Source of the DNA: an uncultured Porticoccus sp. | GTDB taxonomy: Bacteria > Pseudomonadota > Gammaproteobacteria > Pseudomonadales > Porticoccaceae | Direction: 5' to 3' (one strand) | DNA length: 64,000 bases | Assembly (NCBI RefSeq): GCF_963973895.1 | Contig: NZ_CAXBBF010000001.1 | Part shown: positions 1 through 10,563 of the stretch, piece by piece | How positions within the stretch are numbered: the stretch's first letter is position 1 | Layout: each line of letters opens with the position of its first letter | Translations under genes and position numbers: made by a program | The notes under the pieces: generated by a model | Database searches by the model: none | What the model saw: only the letters and a program-made list of their open reading frames with translations | Told to the model about the DNA's origin: nothing

Positions 1-711
1 CGGGCCGAGAAAGGCCACCACGGGTATCAGTCCGCCGCGCAGGGCGTGTTTCAGCACTACCACCCGTTCCGGCAGACCTTTGGCCCGGGCGGTGCGAATG
101 TAATCCTGGGTCATTACCTCCAGCATGCCGCCGCGACTCAGTCTGGCGATATAGGCGGCGTAACCGGTACCGAGGGTAATCGCCGGCAATATCTTGTCAC
201 CGGCGAGCTCGCCCCAGCCGGATACCGGCAGCCATTCCAGCCAGATCCCAAAGACCAGCACCAGCAAAGGCCCCATCAGAAAAGAGGGCATACAGATACC
301 CAGCATGGCCGCCGACATGGGCAGGTAATCCTGGGGGGTGTTGGGTCGCAGTGCCGCTATCACGCCGGCACAGACACCGATCAGGATAGCCACCAGCATG
401 GCATAAAATGCCAGTTCAGCAGTGATGGGTAGTCCCCCGGCAATCAGCTCGTTGACAGTTCGCCCCGGGTAGCGGAAGGAGGGCCCAAATTCCCCATGGG
501 CGAGATCCCCCAGGTAGCTCAGGTATTGTTGCCAGATTGGCTGGTCGAGTCGGTACTGGGCCTCCAGCGCCCTGACCACTTCCGGCGGCACTGCCTTTTC
601 CGCGCTGAACGGGCCGCCCGGCGCGCATCTCACCAACAGAAAAGTGGCAGTGATAACCACCAGTAATACCGGAATGGCCTGTAATAACCGACTCAGAATA
701 AAGCGCAACAT
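1..711 (-). CDS. ABC peptide-type transporter permease (OppB/DppB-like), 3' end cut by the window edge
   Basis: Absent from the ORF track because it runs off the window. My reverse-strand translation from the ATG at 709-711 reads MLRFILSRLLQAIPVLLVVITATFLLVRCAPGGPFSA..., a typical N-terminus for this permease family. It shares an ATGA stop/start overlap with the upstream binding-protein gene. Confidence 0.8.
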   Translation of the reverse strand, partial: MLRFILSRLLQAIPVLLVVITATFLLVRCAPGGPFSAEKAVPPEVVRALEAQYRLDQPIWQQYLSYLGDLAHGEFGPSFRYPGRTVNELIAGGLPITAELAFYAMLVAILIGVCAGVIAALRPNTPQDYLPMSAAMLGICMPSFLMGPLLVLVFGIWLEWLPVSGWGELAGDKILPAITLGTGYAAYIARLSRGGMLEVMTQDYIRTARAKGLPERVVVLKHALRGGLIPVVAFLGP

Positions 712-2366
712 CAGTGTGGCAACTCTGCAGCCGGCTTCTTATCGAGAGACAGGTTATCGAGAGACAGGTTTTTGTACAGGGTGTAGTTGAGTATGTTCGG
801 CTCAAGCCCTTTAAGTGCGGGGTGCACCAGGCTTTTACTGGTATAGATGTGAATCGGAATAATCGGCATATCCTCCAGTAACAGCGCTTCCGCCTCTCGC
901 ATCAGACGGTAGCGCTCCTCGCGCGTCTCTGCTCTGGGTGCTTCCTTCAGTATCAGCTGGTCGAAGCGGGCACTGGACCAGCCGGTGCGGTTATTGCCGC
1001 CGTCGGTTATCCACATATCGAGAAAGGTGTTGGGGTCCACGTAATCGCCAATCCAGCCCGCCCGGGCAATGCCATAGTTTCCACCGTTAACCGAGTTCAG
1101 AAACACTTTCCAGTCCTGGTTGTGGAGACTCACCTTGATACCCAGCTCCTTGTACCACATCTGTTGGATAGCCACGGCAATTTTATGGTGTCCCTCTGAA
1201 GTGTTGAACAGTAACTCGGTAACCGGAAAACCTTCGCCACCGGGGTAACCCGCTTCCGCCAGCAGTACCCGCGCCCGGGCCGGGTCATAGGCAAAGCCAG
1301 CGGGGGCGGTGTAGCCCAGCGTATCCGGCGGCGTAAAGGTATAGGCCGGCAGCTCATCGCCCTTCGTGACCTGCCGGACAATCGCCTCCCTGTCGATACT
1401 CATGGCCAGCGCCCTGCGAACCCGTTTGTCGCTGAGGTGTGGCACCTGGGTATTGATGCGATAGAAATAATTGCCGAGATACGGATGGGTGTGCAGCAGC
1501 CCGGGATGATCCCGCCGATAGACCGCCAGTTTATCGATCGGCACGGTGGCGGTGCGGTGCAGTTGCCCGGAGCGAAACATCCGCTCCTCGGTGGTGATGT
1601 TTTCCGTAGGATAGAAGTGGATGGCATTGAGCGACACGTTTTCAGCATCCCAATAGTGGGGATTCTTTTCCACCACCACACGCTTGAACAGTTGCCATCC
1701 GGTCAGGGAGAAGGGGCCATTGCCGACAAAATTGCCGGGCCTGGTCCAGAGACTGCCGCGTTGGTCGGGCGGGCCAAATTTTTCAATGGTGGCGCGGTGC
1801 AATGGAAAGTAACTGTAGTGATCGAGCAATTGCAGGAAGTAGGGTGTTGGGTTGGCAAACTCAACCTCCAGTGTATGGTCGTCTATAGCATTGATACCCA
1901 CAGCGGAAAAATCACTCAGCTCCTGCCTGAAATACGCCTCCGCATTTTTGATGGCAAACAGCATATAGGCGTATTGATTGCCGAGCGAGGGCTGCAGTGC
2001 CCGCCACCAGGACCAGGCAAAATCCCCGGCTGTGACAGGGTCACCGTTTGACCAGCGTGCGTCATGGCGCAGGTAAAATGTATAACGCTTGCCGTCGGCG
2101 CTGATCTCCCAGTGGGTAGCCACACCGGGAACAGGTTCAAGTGTTGAAGGATCTTTCAGCACAAGCCCTTCGAGGAGGGCCGTGAGGATATTGTGCTCCG
2201 GCACCCCCGTGACAATATGCGGGTCCAGCTCCTGGGGATCAGTGCCATTGCCGAGGTGGAGTATTCCCTGTCGGTTGCCACTGGCGGTGTTGCTCTCCCC
2301 CTGACCACAGGCCATTACCAACAGGCTGAACAGGAGGCTGACAGAGGCCATTTTCAGGAACGGCAT
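711..2366 (-). CDS. ABC transporter substrate-binding lipoprotein, family 5 (OppA/DppA-like)
   Basis: ORF 711..2495 has family-5 SBP size and motifs (WSNGDPVTAGDF, NPHYWD). I trimmed the start to M44 (MPFLKMASVSLLFSLLVMACGQ), which gives a signal peptide with lipobox LVMAC. Confidence 0.85.
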   Translation of the reverse strand: MPFLKMASVSLLFSLLVMACGQGESNTASGNRQGILHLGNGTDPQELDPHIVTGVPEHNILTALLEGLVLKDPSTLEPVPGVATHWEISADGKRYTFYLRHDARWSNGDPVTAGDFAWSWWRALQPSLGNQYAYMLFAIKNAEAYFRQELSDFSAVGINAIDDHTLEVEFANPTPYFLQLLDHYSYFPLHRATIEKFGPPDQRGSLWTRPGNFVGNGPFSLTGWQLFKRVVVEKNPHYWDAENVSLNAIHFYPTENITTEERMFRSGQLHRTATVPIDKLAVYRRDHPGLLHTHPYLGNYFYRINTQVPHLSDKRVRRALAMSIDREAIVRQVTKGDELPAYTFTPPDTLGYTAPAGFAYDPARARVLLAEAGYPGGEGFPVTELLFNTSEGHHKIAVAIQQMWYKELGIKVSLHNQDWKVFLNSVNGGNYGIARAGWIGDYVDPNTFLDMWITDGGNNRTGWSSARFDQLILKEAPRAETREERYRLMREAEALLLEDMPIIPIHIYTSKSLVHPALKGLEPNILNYTLYKNLSLDNLSLDKKPAAELPH

Positions 2367-2552
2367 AGCTTGCTCGATACGTAATAGGAGACTGGCTATG
2401 TTAGGCAAGGACGGCATTGAGTGCCAGCCCCCGATCGTGGTTGAAATAGCGGTTCCGAAGGACCATAATGCCCACCCTTCGGGAGTTCTGTACAAGACTC
2501 CGATTCTTTATGGTGACCTCTGCCGGTCCCCTCGCAATGATCAGCTGTGAAC

Positions 2553-2583
<31 letters not shown>

Positions 2584-2793
2584 AGTGACATCGTGTGCCG
2601 GGGTGCGGCTGGCAGGGGAAGCCACCAGTTTATTTTCAAACGTTGGTTAATCAGAAAGTCCGGCGCAGATGCGAATTGGGCCTGTCTTTTGCGGAAAAAT
2701 AAATCCCCAACTACCACCCGAGCATCTGGAGAAGCGACCATGCTCAGATTGTAGCCGGGGACCAGTCGTGTCATACGTGCTTTGCCCTGTTAT

Positions 2794-5472
2794 CTATGCG
2801 GCATCGACATTCAGGGTCTCGTTGATCAGTTTGTTAAGCTCCGGTATGCAAGAGCCACAGTTGGTACCGCAGTTAAGTTGTTCTCCCAGTGCTTTTGTGG
2901 AATTTGCCCCATCGACAATGGCTGCCAGGATCTGTTTTTCGCCGACCTCAAAGCAAGCGCATATTAATTTTCCCCGGTCGGGCTGGTTCATGTCGATCCC
3001 CGCCAGCAATTGCCACGGGGAGGACGTTATCTCCCGGCTGAGTAATCCCTGTAACCAGCTTGTTGCCGGCATCAGTGACAGACTGTGATGACTGAAGATG
3101 GCCATTTGCACCAATGCGCCTTCGTAGCAGATAAAACGCTCGTCCCTATGTTCGGTATCGGCGTAATGGGCGCAGTTGCCGGTGAAGCCCTGCTGGCTGA
3201 TAAAGGCTTGCCAGTCGAAGCCCTCAGCGGCAGCAAATCGGTAGCAATAGCCCTTGTTATCTGTCAGTGGCGTCATTGACCAATCGATGAATTCGTCGCA
3301 GTCCAGTGCCTCCCTGCTGACCACCATTGCCCAAACCGGTGTCGCCACTTTTTTCAGTGCGGCGGGGGTAAATTTGAATTCGGGTTGCCCGGACACCGGA
3401 TCGGTCAGTGGGGCAATCACTGAGCAAACGCGAGCCTGGCGGGCGAACTGGTCGTTCCAGTGAATCGGCATAAACAGCTGATTTTTCCCCATGCCTTCAT
3501 CCAGCATCACGCCGACCCGGACGGCCCCATGTACGGTGCGCACCTCTGCCAGATCTCCATCGTGAAGTTCATTTGTACGGGCTGTTTCGGGGTGCACCAG
3601 GACAAAGGGCGCATCGATATGATTGAGCAATCGTTGGGCGCGGGCGGTGCGCGTCATGGTGTGCCACTGGTCGCGGATTCTTCCGGTATTGAGTGCACAG
3701 GGATAGGTCACACTGAGCGGTTGAACCGGCAGACGGGGCGCAATGGCGATAAACTGAGCCTTGCCGGATGCCGTCACGAACCCGCCCTCAGTGAACAGGC
3801 GCGCTGTTCCCGCGGGAGATTCAGCCGTGACGGGCCATTGGATGGGTGAGAGATCGTTGTATTGTTGTTCAGACAGTTCGCTGAGGCCGCTGATATTGAA
3901 AATGCGCTTGCCCCCGTTCCTGAAACCACTCAATGCAGCGTGTTCAACAAACACATCCCGCGGTGACCGGTAGGGAAACGCCTCCGAGAACCCAAGTCTT
4001 TGTGCGACCTGGGTCATGATCCACCAGTCGTCCTTTGCTTCACCCACGGGTTTTATCAGTGCTCGCTGTCTTGAGATGCGGCGCTCGGAGTTTGTGACGG
4101 TGCCGTTTTTCTCGCCCCAACCGGTGGCTGGCAGCAAAATATCGGCGGTGGCGGTCGTGTCTGTGGCTGCCACGCAGTCGGAGACAATCACGGTTTCACA
4201 GCGCTGCAGAGCCTCTCTGACACGATTGGCATCCGGCATGCTGACCACCGGATTGGTCGCCATAATCCAGATTGCCTTGATCCTGCCGTCGGCGACGGCG
4301 TCAAACAGGTCCACTGCTTTCATGCCCGGCTGCTGACAGAGTTGGTCGGTAGCCCAAAAGTCGGCCACGGTTCGCAAGTCCCCGGGGTTGTAGTCCATAT
4401 GGGCAGCCAGCTGGTTGGCCAGACCGCCCACTTCCCGGCCACCCATGGCATTGGGCTGACCGGTAATCGAGAATGGGCCTGCGCCGATCTTGCCGATTCT
4501 TCCGGTGGCAAGATGGCAATTGATAATGGCATTGCCCTTGTCAGTGCCGGAGGAGGATTGGTTGATCCCCTGTGAGTAGAAGGTAATGGTTTTATCCGTT
4601 TCGGCGAACCACTGGTAAAAGGTTTCCAGTACGTCCGTTTCAAGCCCGACCAGGCGGGCCGTTTCTGCAAAAGAGATGGCATTGGCGGCTTCCAGTGCCT
4701 CCCGATAGCCTTCAGTGTGCTGCGCTATATACTCAGAACAGCTAGCCCCCGTTTGCTGCAACCACGCCAGTAAACCGACAAACAGATAGCCATCGGCACC
4801 GGGGCTGATCGGCAAATGGAGGTCGGCGAGATCACAGCTGGCCGTGCGGCGCGGGTCGATCACCACCACCCGCATGGTGGGATTTCGTTTTTTGGCAGCG
4901 GCCATCCGGCGATAGAGTACCGGGTGGGTCCAGGCGGCGTTGGAGCCAACCAGAATCAGCAGATCGCAGTGATCCAGGTCTTCGTAACTGCAGGGTACCG
5001 CATCGGCACCAAAAGCCCGCTTATAGCTGGTGACGGCAGATGACATACAGAGTCGGGAATTGGTATCCACATTGCCAGTGCCGATAAAGCCCTTGGCCAG
5101 CTTGTTGGCCACGTAGTAGTCCTCGGTGAGCAATTGTCCGGACAGGTAAAAGGCGATGGCGCCGGGGCCGTGTTCCTCGCGAACCTCGTTCAGTCGCTTT
5201 GCCACTGTATCGAGGGCGGTGTCCCAGTCGACCTGTTGACCGTTGACAGACGGGTAGAGTAGCCGGCCGTGGTCGCCCATGGTTTCGTGGAGCGCTGAAC
5301 CTTTTACACAGAGGGCACCGTAGTTGGCGGGGTGGGTTTTATCGCCGGATACGGCGATGATGCTGTCGTCCCGTAACTTTGCAGAAACACCACAGCCAAC
5401 CCCGCAGTAGGGGCAGGTGGTTTCCAAATTGGAGGTGGATGCACTCATGAAGATCTGCCGGATGCCGAGCAT
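2794..5472 (-). CDS. nasA: Assimilatory nitrate reductase catalytic subunit (molybdopterin oxidoreductase with C-terminal BFD-like 2Fe-2S domain)
   Basis: 892-aa ORF with the N-terminal 4Fe-4S motif CPYCGVGCGV and a C-terminal CACFEVG...CGTNCGSC motif. It is the last gene of the nrt-nir operon. The start could instead be M9 (5448). Confidence 0.92.
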   Translation of the reverse strand: MLGIRQIFMSASTSNLETTCPYCGVGCGVSAKLRDDSIIAVSGDKTHPANYGALCVKGSALHETMGDHGRLLYPSVNGQQVDWDTALDTVAKRLNEVREEHGPGAIAFYLSGQLLTEDYYVANKLAKGFIGTGNVDTNSRLCMSSAVTSYKRAFGADAVPCSYEDLDHCDLLILVGSNAAWTHPVLYRRMAAAKKRNPTMRVVVIDPRRTASCDLADLHLPISPGADGYLFVGLLAWLQQTGASCSEYIAQHTEGYREALEAANAISFAETARLVGLETDVLETFYQWFAETDKTITFYSQGINQSSSGTDKGNAIINCHLATGRIGKIGAGPFSITGQPNAMGGREVGGLANQLAAHMDYNPGDLRTVADFWATDQLCQQPGMKAVDLFDAVADGRIKAIWIMATNPVVSMPDANRVREALQRCETVIVSDCVAATDTTATADILLPATGWGEKNGTVTNSERRISRQRALIKPVGEAKDDWWIMTQVAQRLGFSEAFPYRSPRDVFVEHAALSGFRNGGKRIFNISGLSELSEQQYNDLSPIQWPVTAESPAGTARLFTEGGFVTASGKAQFIAIAPRLPVQPLSVTYPCALNTGRIRDQWHTMTRTARAQRLLNHIDAPFVLVHPETARTNELHDGDLAEVRTVHGAVRVGVMLDEGMGKNQLFMPIHWNDQFARQARVCSVIAPLTDPVSGQPEFKFTPAALKKVATPVWAMVVSREALDCDEFIDWSMTPLTDNKGYCYRFAAAEGFDWQAFISQQGFTGNCAHYADTEHRDERFICYEGALVQMAIFSHHSLSLMPATSWLQGLLSREITSSPWQLLAGIDMNQPDRGKLICACFEVGEKQILAAIVDGANSTKALGEQLNCGTNCGSCIPELNKLINETLNVDAA

Positions 5473-5475
5473 CGC

Positions 5476-5829
5476 CTAGGGGGTGACTACCACTTGACTG
5501 CCCACCAGTTCAATGGCGTAGGTGGGCACCGTCACGTCCTCGTTTTCCAGGCACTGGCCGGTGGTCAGATCATAGTGCTGTTTGTAGAGCGGTGAAGCGA
5601 CCACCAGTCGACCCTGTACATCGCCGACCACGCCCCTGGACAGCACATTGGCCTTGCCGATGGGATCCCAGTTGCCAATGGCATAGACCTGGGGTGCTTC
5701 ATCGGGCAGGTAAAAAATTGCCACCTGCTGGCCGTCGATCAACGCGCAGATGCCGGAATTTGGTATCAGGTCTTCCTGTAGGCAGATCACCAGCGGGTTT
5801 TCAGATACTCTGTTTTCTGCGGTATTCAT
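5476..5829 (-). CDS. nirD: Nitrite reductase [NAD(P)H] small subunit (Rieske-like)
   Basis: Track ORF 5476..6024 trimmed to MNTAENRVSENPLVICLQEDL (ATG 5827-5829). The upstream 65 codons overlap the nirB 3' end in another frame. Size (117 aa) and position after nirB fit NirD. Confidence 0.88.
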   Translation of the reverse strand: MNTAENRVSENPLVICLQEDLIPNSGICALIDGQQVAIFYLPDEAPQVYAIGNWDPIGKANVLSRGVVGDVQGRLVVASPLYKQHYDLTTGQCLENEDVTVPTYAIELVGSQVVVTP

Positions 5830-5842
5830 CAATAAAGCCTCA

Positions 5843-8368
5843 TTACGCCGATTTGGCCAACAGTTGGTCGGTTTCTTCTTCGGTGGCCGGCCGCGGCTGG
5901 CCACGCTCCTGCACGAACACAACCCGTTCGTCCGCCGCATCAGAGTTGACGAACTGGCGGAAGCGCTTGAGTTTTTCCGGATCCTCAATGGTGGTTTTCC
6001 ACTCGCACTGGTAGGTGCCGACAATACTGTTCATCTGCTCCTCCAGTTCGGCACAGATACCCAGCCGGTCGTCGATGACCACCTCTTTCAGGTAATCCAG
6101 ACCACCCTCCAGATTGTCCAGCCACACCGAGGTGCGCTGCAGGCGGTCAGCGGTTCGTACATAGAACATCAGGAAGCGATCGATGTACCTGATCAGGGTT
6201 TCGTCATCCAGGTCGGTGGCGAACAGGTCGGCGTGGCGGGGTTTCATGCCGCCATTGCCGCACAGGTACAGGTTCCAGCCGTGCTCGGTGGCAATTACCC
6301 CGAAGTCCTTGGATTGCGCCTCGGCACACTCCCGAGTACAGCCGGAGACGGCGGACTTCAGTTTGTGGGGCGAGCGCAGACCCTTGTAGCGATCTTCGAT
6401 ATAGATCGCCATGCTGACGCTGTCCTGTACCCCGTAGCGGCACCAGGTGCTGCCGACACAGGATTTGACGGTGCGCAGTGCCTTGCCGTAGGCGTGGCCG
6501 GTTTCAAAACCGGCGTCGATCAGTTCTTTCCAGATATCCGGCAACTGATCCACTCTGGCCCCAAACAGGTCGATCCGCTGCCCGCCGGTAATCTTGGTGT
6601 AGAGATTGTATTTTTTGCCCACCTCGCCGAGCACAATCAGTTTTTCCGGGGTAATTTCGCCGCCCGGCACCCGTGGCACCACGGAATAGGTGCCATTTTT
6701 CTGCATATTGGCCAGAAAGGTGTCGTTGGTATCCTGCAGGCCCACATGTTTCTCTTCGAGGATGTAGTCATTCCACAGGGAGGCGAGGATGGAGGCCGCT
6801 GCCGGTTTGCAGATCTCGCAACCGCGGCCGCTACCGTGTTTACCCATCAATTCCTCAAAAGACTTGATGGATTCCACCTTGATAATGTGGAACAGCTCCT
6901 GGCGGGTGAACTGGAAGTGCTCGCAGATGGATTTGTTCACCTCCATACCGCGTGCAGCCATTTCGTCGTCCACAACATTCTTCAGCAGCGCCGCGCAGCC
7001 ACCACAGCCGGTGCTGGCCGCGGTGCAGGACTTCACGTCTGCCAGCGAGCAACAGCCACCATCGATGGCGCTGATGATGTCGCCCTTGCTGACATTGTGG
7101 CAGGAGCAGATCGTTGCCGTGGCGGGCAGGGCCGCCGCGCCCAGCAGTGGCGCGCCACCTTCGCTGGCGGGCAGAATCATGGTTTCAGGGTTGGCGGGCA
7201 GCTCGATGCCATTGAGGTAATACTGCAGCAGGGTGTCGTAGTCGGAACAGTCGCCCACCAGCACTGCCCCCAGAGCGGTTTTGCCGTCTGCGCTGACAAC
7301 CAGGCGTTTGTAGACTTCCTCGCGCTCGTCACTGAAGGTGTAGGCGATAGCACCCGGAGTTTTGCCGTGGGAATCGCCGATGGAACCCACGTCGACACCC
7401 AGCAGTTTCAGCTTGGTGCTCATGTCGGCACCCTGAAAAGCGCTGTGTTCGCCGGTCAGCTGACTGACAGCCACTTCCGCCATGCGGTAGCCGGGGGCCA
7501 CCAGACCGAAGATCATGCCGCCATACAGGGCACATTCACCGATCGCAAAAATGTCGGAATCACTGGTGCGACAGTGGTAGTCGATGGTGATACCACCGCG
7601 CGGGCCTACCTCCAGGCCGCAGTCCCGGGCCAACTGATCAGAGGGGCGAATCCCGGCGGAGAACACGATCACATCGGTGGCCAGGGTTTCGCCATCGGCG
7701 AAGTTCATCACCAGGCGGGTGTCCTTGCCATCAGTTGCGGTAATGGTCTGGGTTGCCTTGCTGGTATGTACCTGAACATCCAGGGCTTCAATTTTGCGGC
7801 GCAGCATGGCACTGCCGCCATTGTCGAGCTGCACACCCATCAGACCGGGGGCAAATTCCACCACGTGAGTTTTCAGGCCGAGATTCTGGAGGGCATTGGC
7901 CGCCTCCAGTCCAAGCAGGCCACCGCCGACCACAACGCCGACTTTGGCGTCCTTGCTTCTGGCCTGAATCATACCGAGATCGTCGATGGTGCGATACACC
8001 AGACAGTCGGGCAGGTCGGCCCCGGGAATCGGTGGTACAAAGGGGTAGGAACCGGTGGCCAGCACCAGTTTGTCGTAACGGAAGCTGCGGCCACCCTCGG
8101 TGGTGACCGTTTTGGCTTCGCGGTCTATGGTTGCCGCGGCATCGCCGAAGTAGGCATCCACGCCGATCGATTGGTAATGCTCGCGGGTGGTCAGCGCCAG
8201 CTCTTCAGGTTTGCGACCCGCGAAGTATTCCGACAGGTGGACCCGGTCGTAAGCGGGGCGGGGTTCGGCCCCGAGGACGGTGATTTTGGCGGTAATGCCG
8301 GATCCGGCCAGTTGTTCCACGTAGTGGTGGCCCACCATTCCATTTCCTATAACGACAATTTTCAACAT
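5843..8368 (-). CDS. nirB: Nitrite reductase [NAD(P)H] large subunit
   Basis: 841 aa. Contains the Rossmann motif GNGMVG, the BFD-like motif TICSCHNVSKGD, and sirohaem/4Fe-4S motifs SCVGSTWCRYG and SGCTRECAEA. Confidence 0.95.
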   Translation of the reverse strand: MLKIVVIGNGMVGHHYVEQLAGSGITAKITVLGAEPRPAYDRVHLSEYFAGRKPEELALTTREHYQSIGVDAYFGDAAATIDREAKTVTTEGGRSFRYDKLVLATGSYPFVPPIPGADLPDCLVYRTIDDLGMIQARSKDAKVGVVVGGGLLGLEAANALQNLGLKTHVVEFAPGLMGVQLDNGGSAMLRRKIEALDVQVHTSKATQTITATDGKDTRLVMNFADGETLATDVIVFSAGIRPSDQLARDCGLEVGPRGGITIDYHCRTSDSDIFAIGECALYGGMIFGLVAPGYRMAEVAVSQLTGEHSAFQGADMSTKLKLLGVDVGSIGDSHGKTPGAIAYTFSDEREEVYKRLVVSADGKTALGAVLVGDCSDYDTLLQYYLNGIELPANPETMILPASEGGAPLLGAAALPATATICSCHNVSKGDIISAIDGGCCSLADVKSCTAASTGCGGCAALLKNVVDDEMAARGMEVNKSICEHFQFTRQELFHIIKVESIKSFEELMGKHGSGRGCEICKPAAASILASLWNDYILEEKHVGLQDTNDTFLANMQKNGTYSVVPRVPGGEITPEKLIVLGEVGKKYNLYTKITGGQRIDLFGARVDQLPDIWKELIDAGFETGHAYGKALRTVKSCVGSTWCRYGVQDSVSMAIYIEDRYKGLRSPHKLKSAVSGCTRECAEAQSKDFGVIATEHGWNLYLCGNGGMKPRHADLFATDLDDETLIRYIDRFLMFYVRTADRLQRTSVWLDNLEGGLDYLKEVVIDDRLGICAELEEQMNSIVGTYQCEWKTTIEDPEKLKRFRQFVNSDAADERVVFVQERGQPRPATEEETDQLLAKSA

Positions 8369-8388
8369 GTCCTGTTACCTGCTACTGC

Positions 8389-9609
8389 TTATTTCATTTC
8401 GCGTACGATGTCCTGACCGGTCTGGTCACTGAACATCAATTGATTTGCATTGGTACCGAGTGGTTGCCCCTCGCTGATCAGGGTCTCGTAATGGCTGCAC
8501 AGACTTTTGTCACCAAACAGCAGGGCAGCCTGCAAGCGGTTATCCTCAATCACCAGACGTCGATAAATACCGGCGGACGGGTCGTTGATCACAATATTGC
8601 GTTCACTGTTTCCTGCGTTTAGACGTCCCGCCGAGAACACATCAATTCCCGATACCTTGAGTTGGGTCGAGTGTTCTCTGGGTCGATAACAGGCGGCGTT
8701 GCCCAGCAGGGTTTCGGCGAGGACTTTTGCCTGTTCCCAGATCGGCGCAACAATACCCACGGTGGTGTTGTTGTGTTCCGAACACTCACCGAGGGCATAG
8801 ATATGTTTGATGGACGTATGCATCTGGTCGTCGACGACGATGCCACGGTTGATCTTCAGTCCGCTGTCCCTGAATACCTGTACATTGGGTGATATTCCGG
8901 TAGCAAACACCACCAGCTCGCCCGGTAGCCAGTCGCCGTTTTCAAGCATCAGGCCATCTGCGCGTTCGCTGCCGGTAACGGCTTTGGTTCTTACCCCGGT
9001 GAGGACAGAGATGCCCCGGTCTTCCAGGCTTTTTTTCAGCATGGCTGCGGCGGTCGCATCGAGTTGCCGATTCATCAGGTTGTCGCTGTTGTGCACCACG
9101 GTGACATCCAGACCGAGATGATTCAGGCCATAGGCGGCTTCGAGCCCCAGCAGACCACCGCCAACCACCACGGCGCGTTGACCCTGCCGGGCGAAATCCT
9201 GCATGAGGGCGACATCATCGAGGGTGCGAAAGGACATGACACCGGGCAAGCTGTTTCCCGGAATCGCCGGTACAACGGGTCTCGAGCCGGTGGCAATCAC
9301 AATACGGGAAAATTGTGTCTGCCACCCTGAAGCGGTGGTTATGGCCAGATTGCCGGTATCCAGCTGGATCAGCGGGTCGCCACAACGCAGACGAATATTG
9401 TTGGCGCGATACCAGTCATCGCTGAGCAATGGCAGGCAATCCAGGGTCTTATCGCCGGTGAGTAACGAGGACAGCTGTACGCGGTTATAGGCCTTGACCG
9501 GCTCTTCACCAATCATGGTAATTGACCCCGAAAAACCGCCATTCACCAGCGCCTCGGCGAGGCGGGCGCCTGCCATACCAGTTCCGACAATTGCAATAGA
9601 ATCTGCCAT
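8389..9609 (-). CDS. FAD-dependent pyridine nucleotide-disulfide oxidoreductase, probable NAD(P)H electron-transfer subunit for nitrate reductase
   Basis: 406 aa with two dinucleotide-binding motifs (IVGTGMAG, VVGGGLLGLE). It resembles the N-terminal half of NirB and sits between nrtD and nirB. Confidence 0.75.
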   Translation of the reverse strand: MADSIAIVGTGMAGARLAEALVNGGFSGSITMIGEEPVKAYNRVQLSSLLTGDKTLDCLPLLSDDWYRANNIRLRCGDPLIQLDTGNLAITTASGWQTQFSRIVIATGSRPVVPAIPGNSLPGVMSFRTLDDVALMQDFARQGQRAVVVGGGLLGLEAAYGLNHLGLDVTVVHNSDNLMNRQLDATAAAMLKKSLEDRGISVLTGVRTKAVTGSERADGLMLENGDWLPGELVVFATGISPNVQVFRDSGLKINRGIVVDDQMHTSIKHIYALGECSEHNNTTVGIVAPIWEQAKVLAETLLGNAACYRPREHSTQLKVSGIDVFSAGRLNAGNSERNIVINDPSAGIYRRLVIEDNRLQAALLFGDKSLCSHYETLISEGQPLGTNANQLMFSDQTGQDIVREMK

Positions 9610-9612
9610 TGC

Positions 9613-10533
9613 TCAGGCTGCCCTGGTTTTGTCGGTGCCGGTCGTTGTCTTACCGGTATCGACAGCGGCATCGTCCTGTGAAGAGGCCGGTTTACATGCC
9701 ACCTCCTGTAACTTCCTGGCAGAGTCGGCCGGCTTTTTTTCGATCTGAGGATTTTTCTGCTTGTCGTAGAGAAATTCCAGGACCTGCTGACGGTAGTGAA
9801 TGAAGTCGGCGTCTTCAGCCAGGGCCAGCCTGTCCCGGGGGCGGGGCAAATGGACGTCGAGTATTTCACCAATGGTGGCGGCGGGGCCGTTGGTCATCAT
9901 GACGATTCGATCCGACAGCAAAACGGCCTCATCCACATCGTGGGTAATCATGATCACCGTGTTGCCCAGACTGGTCTGGATTTCCATCAGTGAATCCTGC
10001 AGGTGAGCGCGGGTCAGGGCATCCAGTGCGCCAAATGGCTCGTCCATCAGCAACACTTTGGGTTCCATGGACAGACAGCGGGCGATACCGACGCGCTGTT
10101 TCATGCCGCCGGATATTTCTCCGGGCAGTTTGTGCAGGGCGTGGTCCATATGAACCAGTGAGAGGTTGTGTTCAATCCACTCGTGCATTTCCGCCTTGTT
10201 TTTGGTCTTGCGAAAGACCCTTTTTACCGCCAGTTCGACATTCTGGTACACGGTCAGCCACGGCAACAGGGCATGATTCTGGAAGACCACTGCCCGGTCG
10301 GGTCCCGGTTTGTCGACTTCGCGCCCTTCGAGAATGACGCCGCCTTCGCTGGCCTCATAGAGTCCGGCGATGATGTTCAATACCGTGGACTTGCCGCAGC
10401 CGGAGTGGCCAATCAGCGAGACAAACTGGCCCTTGTCAATTGATAGGTCGACATCCTGCAGGGCGCGGAACGGCTCACCATCGGTGGCAAACTCAATGCC
10501 GATATGGCTGATTTCCAGATAGGGTTTTTTCAT
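9613..10533 (-). CDS. nrtD: Nitrate/nitrite ABC transporter ATP-binding protein
   Basis: Walker A GHSGCGKST, signature ISGGMKQRVGIAR, Walker B LLMDEPFGALD. It follows the nrtA and nrtB homologues. The C-terminal ~50 aa form a low-complexity tail. Confidence 0.88.
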   Translation of the reverse strand: MKKPYLEISHIGIEFATDGEPFRALQDVDLSIDKGQFVSLIGHSGCGKSTVLNIIAGLYEASEGGVILEGREVDKPGPDRAVVFQNHALLPWLTVYQNVELAVKRVFRKTKNKAEMHEWIEHNLSLVHMDHALHKLPGEISGGMKQRVGIARCLSMEPKVLLMDEPFGALDALTRAHLQDSLMEIQTSLGNTVIMITHDVDEAVLLSDRIVMMTNGPAATIGEILDVHLPRPRDRLALAEDADFIHYRQQVLEFLYDKQKNPQIEKKPADSARKLQEVACKPASSQDDAAVDTGKTTTGTDKTRAA

Positions 10534-10563
10534 AGGTTGCTCCTTGACTGCTGTCCGCCGCTG

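Noticed and set aside
5750-8416. 888-aa ORF on the plus strand.
   Set aside because: It is exactly antisense to nirB and nirD. Its sequence is low-complexity (G/A/V/H/Q-rich) with no recognisable motif, whereas the minus-strand frame carries unmistakable NirB motifs. It is a typical shadow ORF in GC-rich coding DNA.
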